Below the pieces are notes generated by a model that ran no database searches, was not told the DNA's origin, and saw nothing but the letters and a program-made list of their open reading frames with translations. A DNA stretch of 64,000 nucleotides from Hypanus sabinus (lineage: Eukaryota): positions 8,122,001 through 8,186,000 of the forward strand of contig NC_082729.1 in the NCBI RefSeq assembly GCF_030144855.1, written 5' to 3'. The position numbers and the translations under genes were made by a program. Below are positions 62,241 to 64,000 of this stretch, piece after piece. Each line of letters opens with the position of its first letter. Position 1 is the first letter of the stretch.

Positions 62241-64000
62241 GATGGAAAAGTTCACAAGGACAGGGAAGTGCTGGAGGGAGGTTCACAAGGACAGGGAAGT
62301 GATGGAAAAGTTCACAAGGACAGGGAAGATGGAGGAAGGTTGACAAGGACAAGGAAGTGCTGGAGGAAGGTTCACAAGGACAGGGAAGTAATAGAAAAGT
62401 TCACAAGGACAGGGAAGTGCTGCAGGGAGGTTCACAAGGACAGGGAAGTGCTGGAGGAAGGTTCACAAGGACAGGGAAGTGCTGGAAGAAGGTTCACAAG
62501 CATAGGGAAGTGCTGGAGGAAGGTTACCAAGGACAGGGAAGTGATGGTGGATGGTTCACAAGGACAGGGAAGTGCTGGTGGAAGTTTCAGAAGGACAAGG
62601 AAGATAGAGGAAGGTTCACAAGTACAGGGAAGATGGAGGAAGTTTCACAAGGACAGGAAGTGATGGAGTAAGGTTCACAAGTACAGGGAAGTGATGGAGG
62701 AAGGTTCACAAGGACAGGGAAGTGATGGAAAAGTTCCCAAGGACAGGGAAGATGGAGGAAGGTTCACAAGGACAGGGAAGCGTTGGAAAAGTTCACAAGG
62801 ACAGGGAAGTGCTGGAGGAAGGTTCACAAGGACAGGGAAGCGTTGGAAAAGTTCACAAGGACAGGGAAGTGCTGGAGCAAGTTTCAGAAGGACAGGGAAG
62901 ATAGAGGAAGTTTCACAGGGACAGGGAAGATGGAGGAAGTTTCACAAGGACAGGGAAGATGGAAGATGGTTCACAAGGACAGGGTAGTGATGGAGGAAGT
63001 TTCACAATGACAGGAAAGGTAGACGAAGGTTCACAAGGACAGGGATGTGATGGAAAACTTCACAAGGACAGGGAAGTGATGGAAAAGTTCACAAGAACAG
63101 GGAAGTGCTGGAGGAAGGTTCACAATGACAGGAAGTGATGGAGTAAGGTTCACAAGTACAGGGAAGTGATGGAGGAAGGTTCACAAGGACAGGGAAGTGC
63201 TGGAGGAAGGTTCACAAGGACAAAGAAGTGATGGAAAAGTTCCCAAGGACAGGGAAGATGGAGGAAGGTTCACAAGGACAGGAAAGTGATGGAAAAGTTC
63301 ACAAGGACAGGGAAGTGAAGGTGGATGGGTCACAAGGACAGGGAAGTGCTGGAGGATGTTTCACAAGGACAGGGATGTGATGGCGGAAGGTTCACAAGGA
63401 CAGGGAAGTGATGGAAAAGTTAACAAGGACAGGTAAGTGCTGCAGGGAGGTTCACAAGGACAGGGAAGTGCTGGAGGAAGGTTCACAAGGACAGGGAATT
63501 GATGGAAAAGTTCACAAGGACAGGGAAGATGGAGGAAGGTTGACAAGGACAAGGAAGTGCTGGAGGAAGGTTCACAAGGACATGGAAGTGATAGAAAAGT
63601 TCACAAGGACAGGGAAGTGCTGCAGGGAGGTTCACAAGGACAGTGAATTGCTGGAGGAAGGTTCACAAGGACAGGGAAGTGCTGGAGGAAGGTTCACAAG
63701 CACAGGGAGGTGCTGGAGGAAGGTTACCAAGGACAGGGAAGTGATGGTGGATGGTTCACAAGGACAGGGAAGTGCTGGTGGAAGTTTCAGAAGGACAGGG
63801 AAGATAGAGGAAGGTTCACAAGGACAGGGAAGATGGAGGAAGTTTCACAAGGACAGGGAAGATGGAGGAAGGTTCACATGGACAGGGAAGTGCTGGAGGA
63901 AGGTTCACAAGGACAGGGAAGCTTTGGAAAAGTTCACAAGGACAGGGAAGTGCTGGAGCAAGTTTCAGAAGGACAGGGAAGATAGAGGAAGGTTCACAGT

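Larger units (their letters stand above)
7272..64000 (+). repeat. Satellite/minisatellite array, 27-31 bp monomers, continues past the window end
   Basis: Main monomers are GGTTCACAAGGACAGGGAAGTG(C/A)TGGAGGAA (31 bp), GTTCACAAGGACAGGGAAGTGATGGAAAA (29 bp), GGTTCACAAGGACAGGGAAGATGGAGGAA (29 bp) and a 30-bp GCGCTGGAGGAAGTTCAC type. All are head-to-tail on one strand, ~1,900 copies by length/30. Confidence 0.99.

Noticed and set aside
7250-63985. Hundreds of ORFs including 477 aa (8169..9602) and 360 aa (53810..54892), suggesting a repetitive structural protein
   Set aside because: Monomers are mostly 29/31 bp, so frames rotate. The same three peptides appear in all frames, TGA stops are frequent, and indels are not frame-preserving. 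Long ORFs arise because TGCT-type monomers lack stops.
7272-64000. CRISPR-like repeat/spacer appearance
   Set aside because: The variable parts are only ~10-12 bp, homologous to each other and reused. The repeat is non-palindromic, there are no cas genes, and the context is vertebrate.
7272-64000. Immunoglobulin switch region or telomeric repeat
   Set aside because: AGCT hotspots are rare, no Ig exons are visible, and there are no TTAGGG tracts.
7272-64000. Chi-like GCTGGAGG/GCTGGTGG motif
   Set aside because: Chi is specific to bacterial RecBCD, and the resemblance is expected in G-rich minisatellites.

Overview
Eukaryotic (vertebrate) non-genic DNA. The repeat families resemble those I recall from cartilaginous fishes, probably a ray or skate; this is inference, not a database result. 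Bases 1-~7270 are a dense mosaic of decayed and nested retroelement fragments: Rex1/Babar LINE 3' ends, CR1 LINE fragments, Penelope-like GIY-YIG ends, RTE-related elements and a tRNA-derived SINE. From ~7272 to the window end (~56.7 kb, ~1,900 monomers) is one uninterrupted, single-orientation, purine-rich tandem array. Its 27-31 bp monomers have a near-constant core (GTTCACAAGGACAGGGAAG) and a short variable arm. The array shows nested higher-order duplications (277 bp to ~8.3 kb) and a proximal/distal change in sequence variants at ~40.7-47 kb. The several hundred ORFs over the array are artefacts of the repeat, and I find no credible host gene, RNA gene or CRISPR. The most interesting candidate is that the satellite was born in place from the 3' end of CR1 ORF2: the flank runs in frame (..SKEGLDKYW..) into the first monomer, and the monomer resembles the matching segment of another CR1 copy in the window. 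I cannot support a new protein-based system here.
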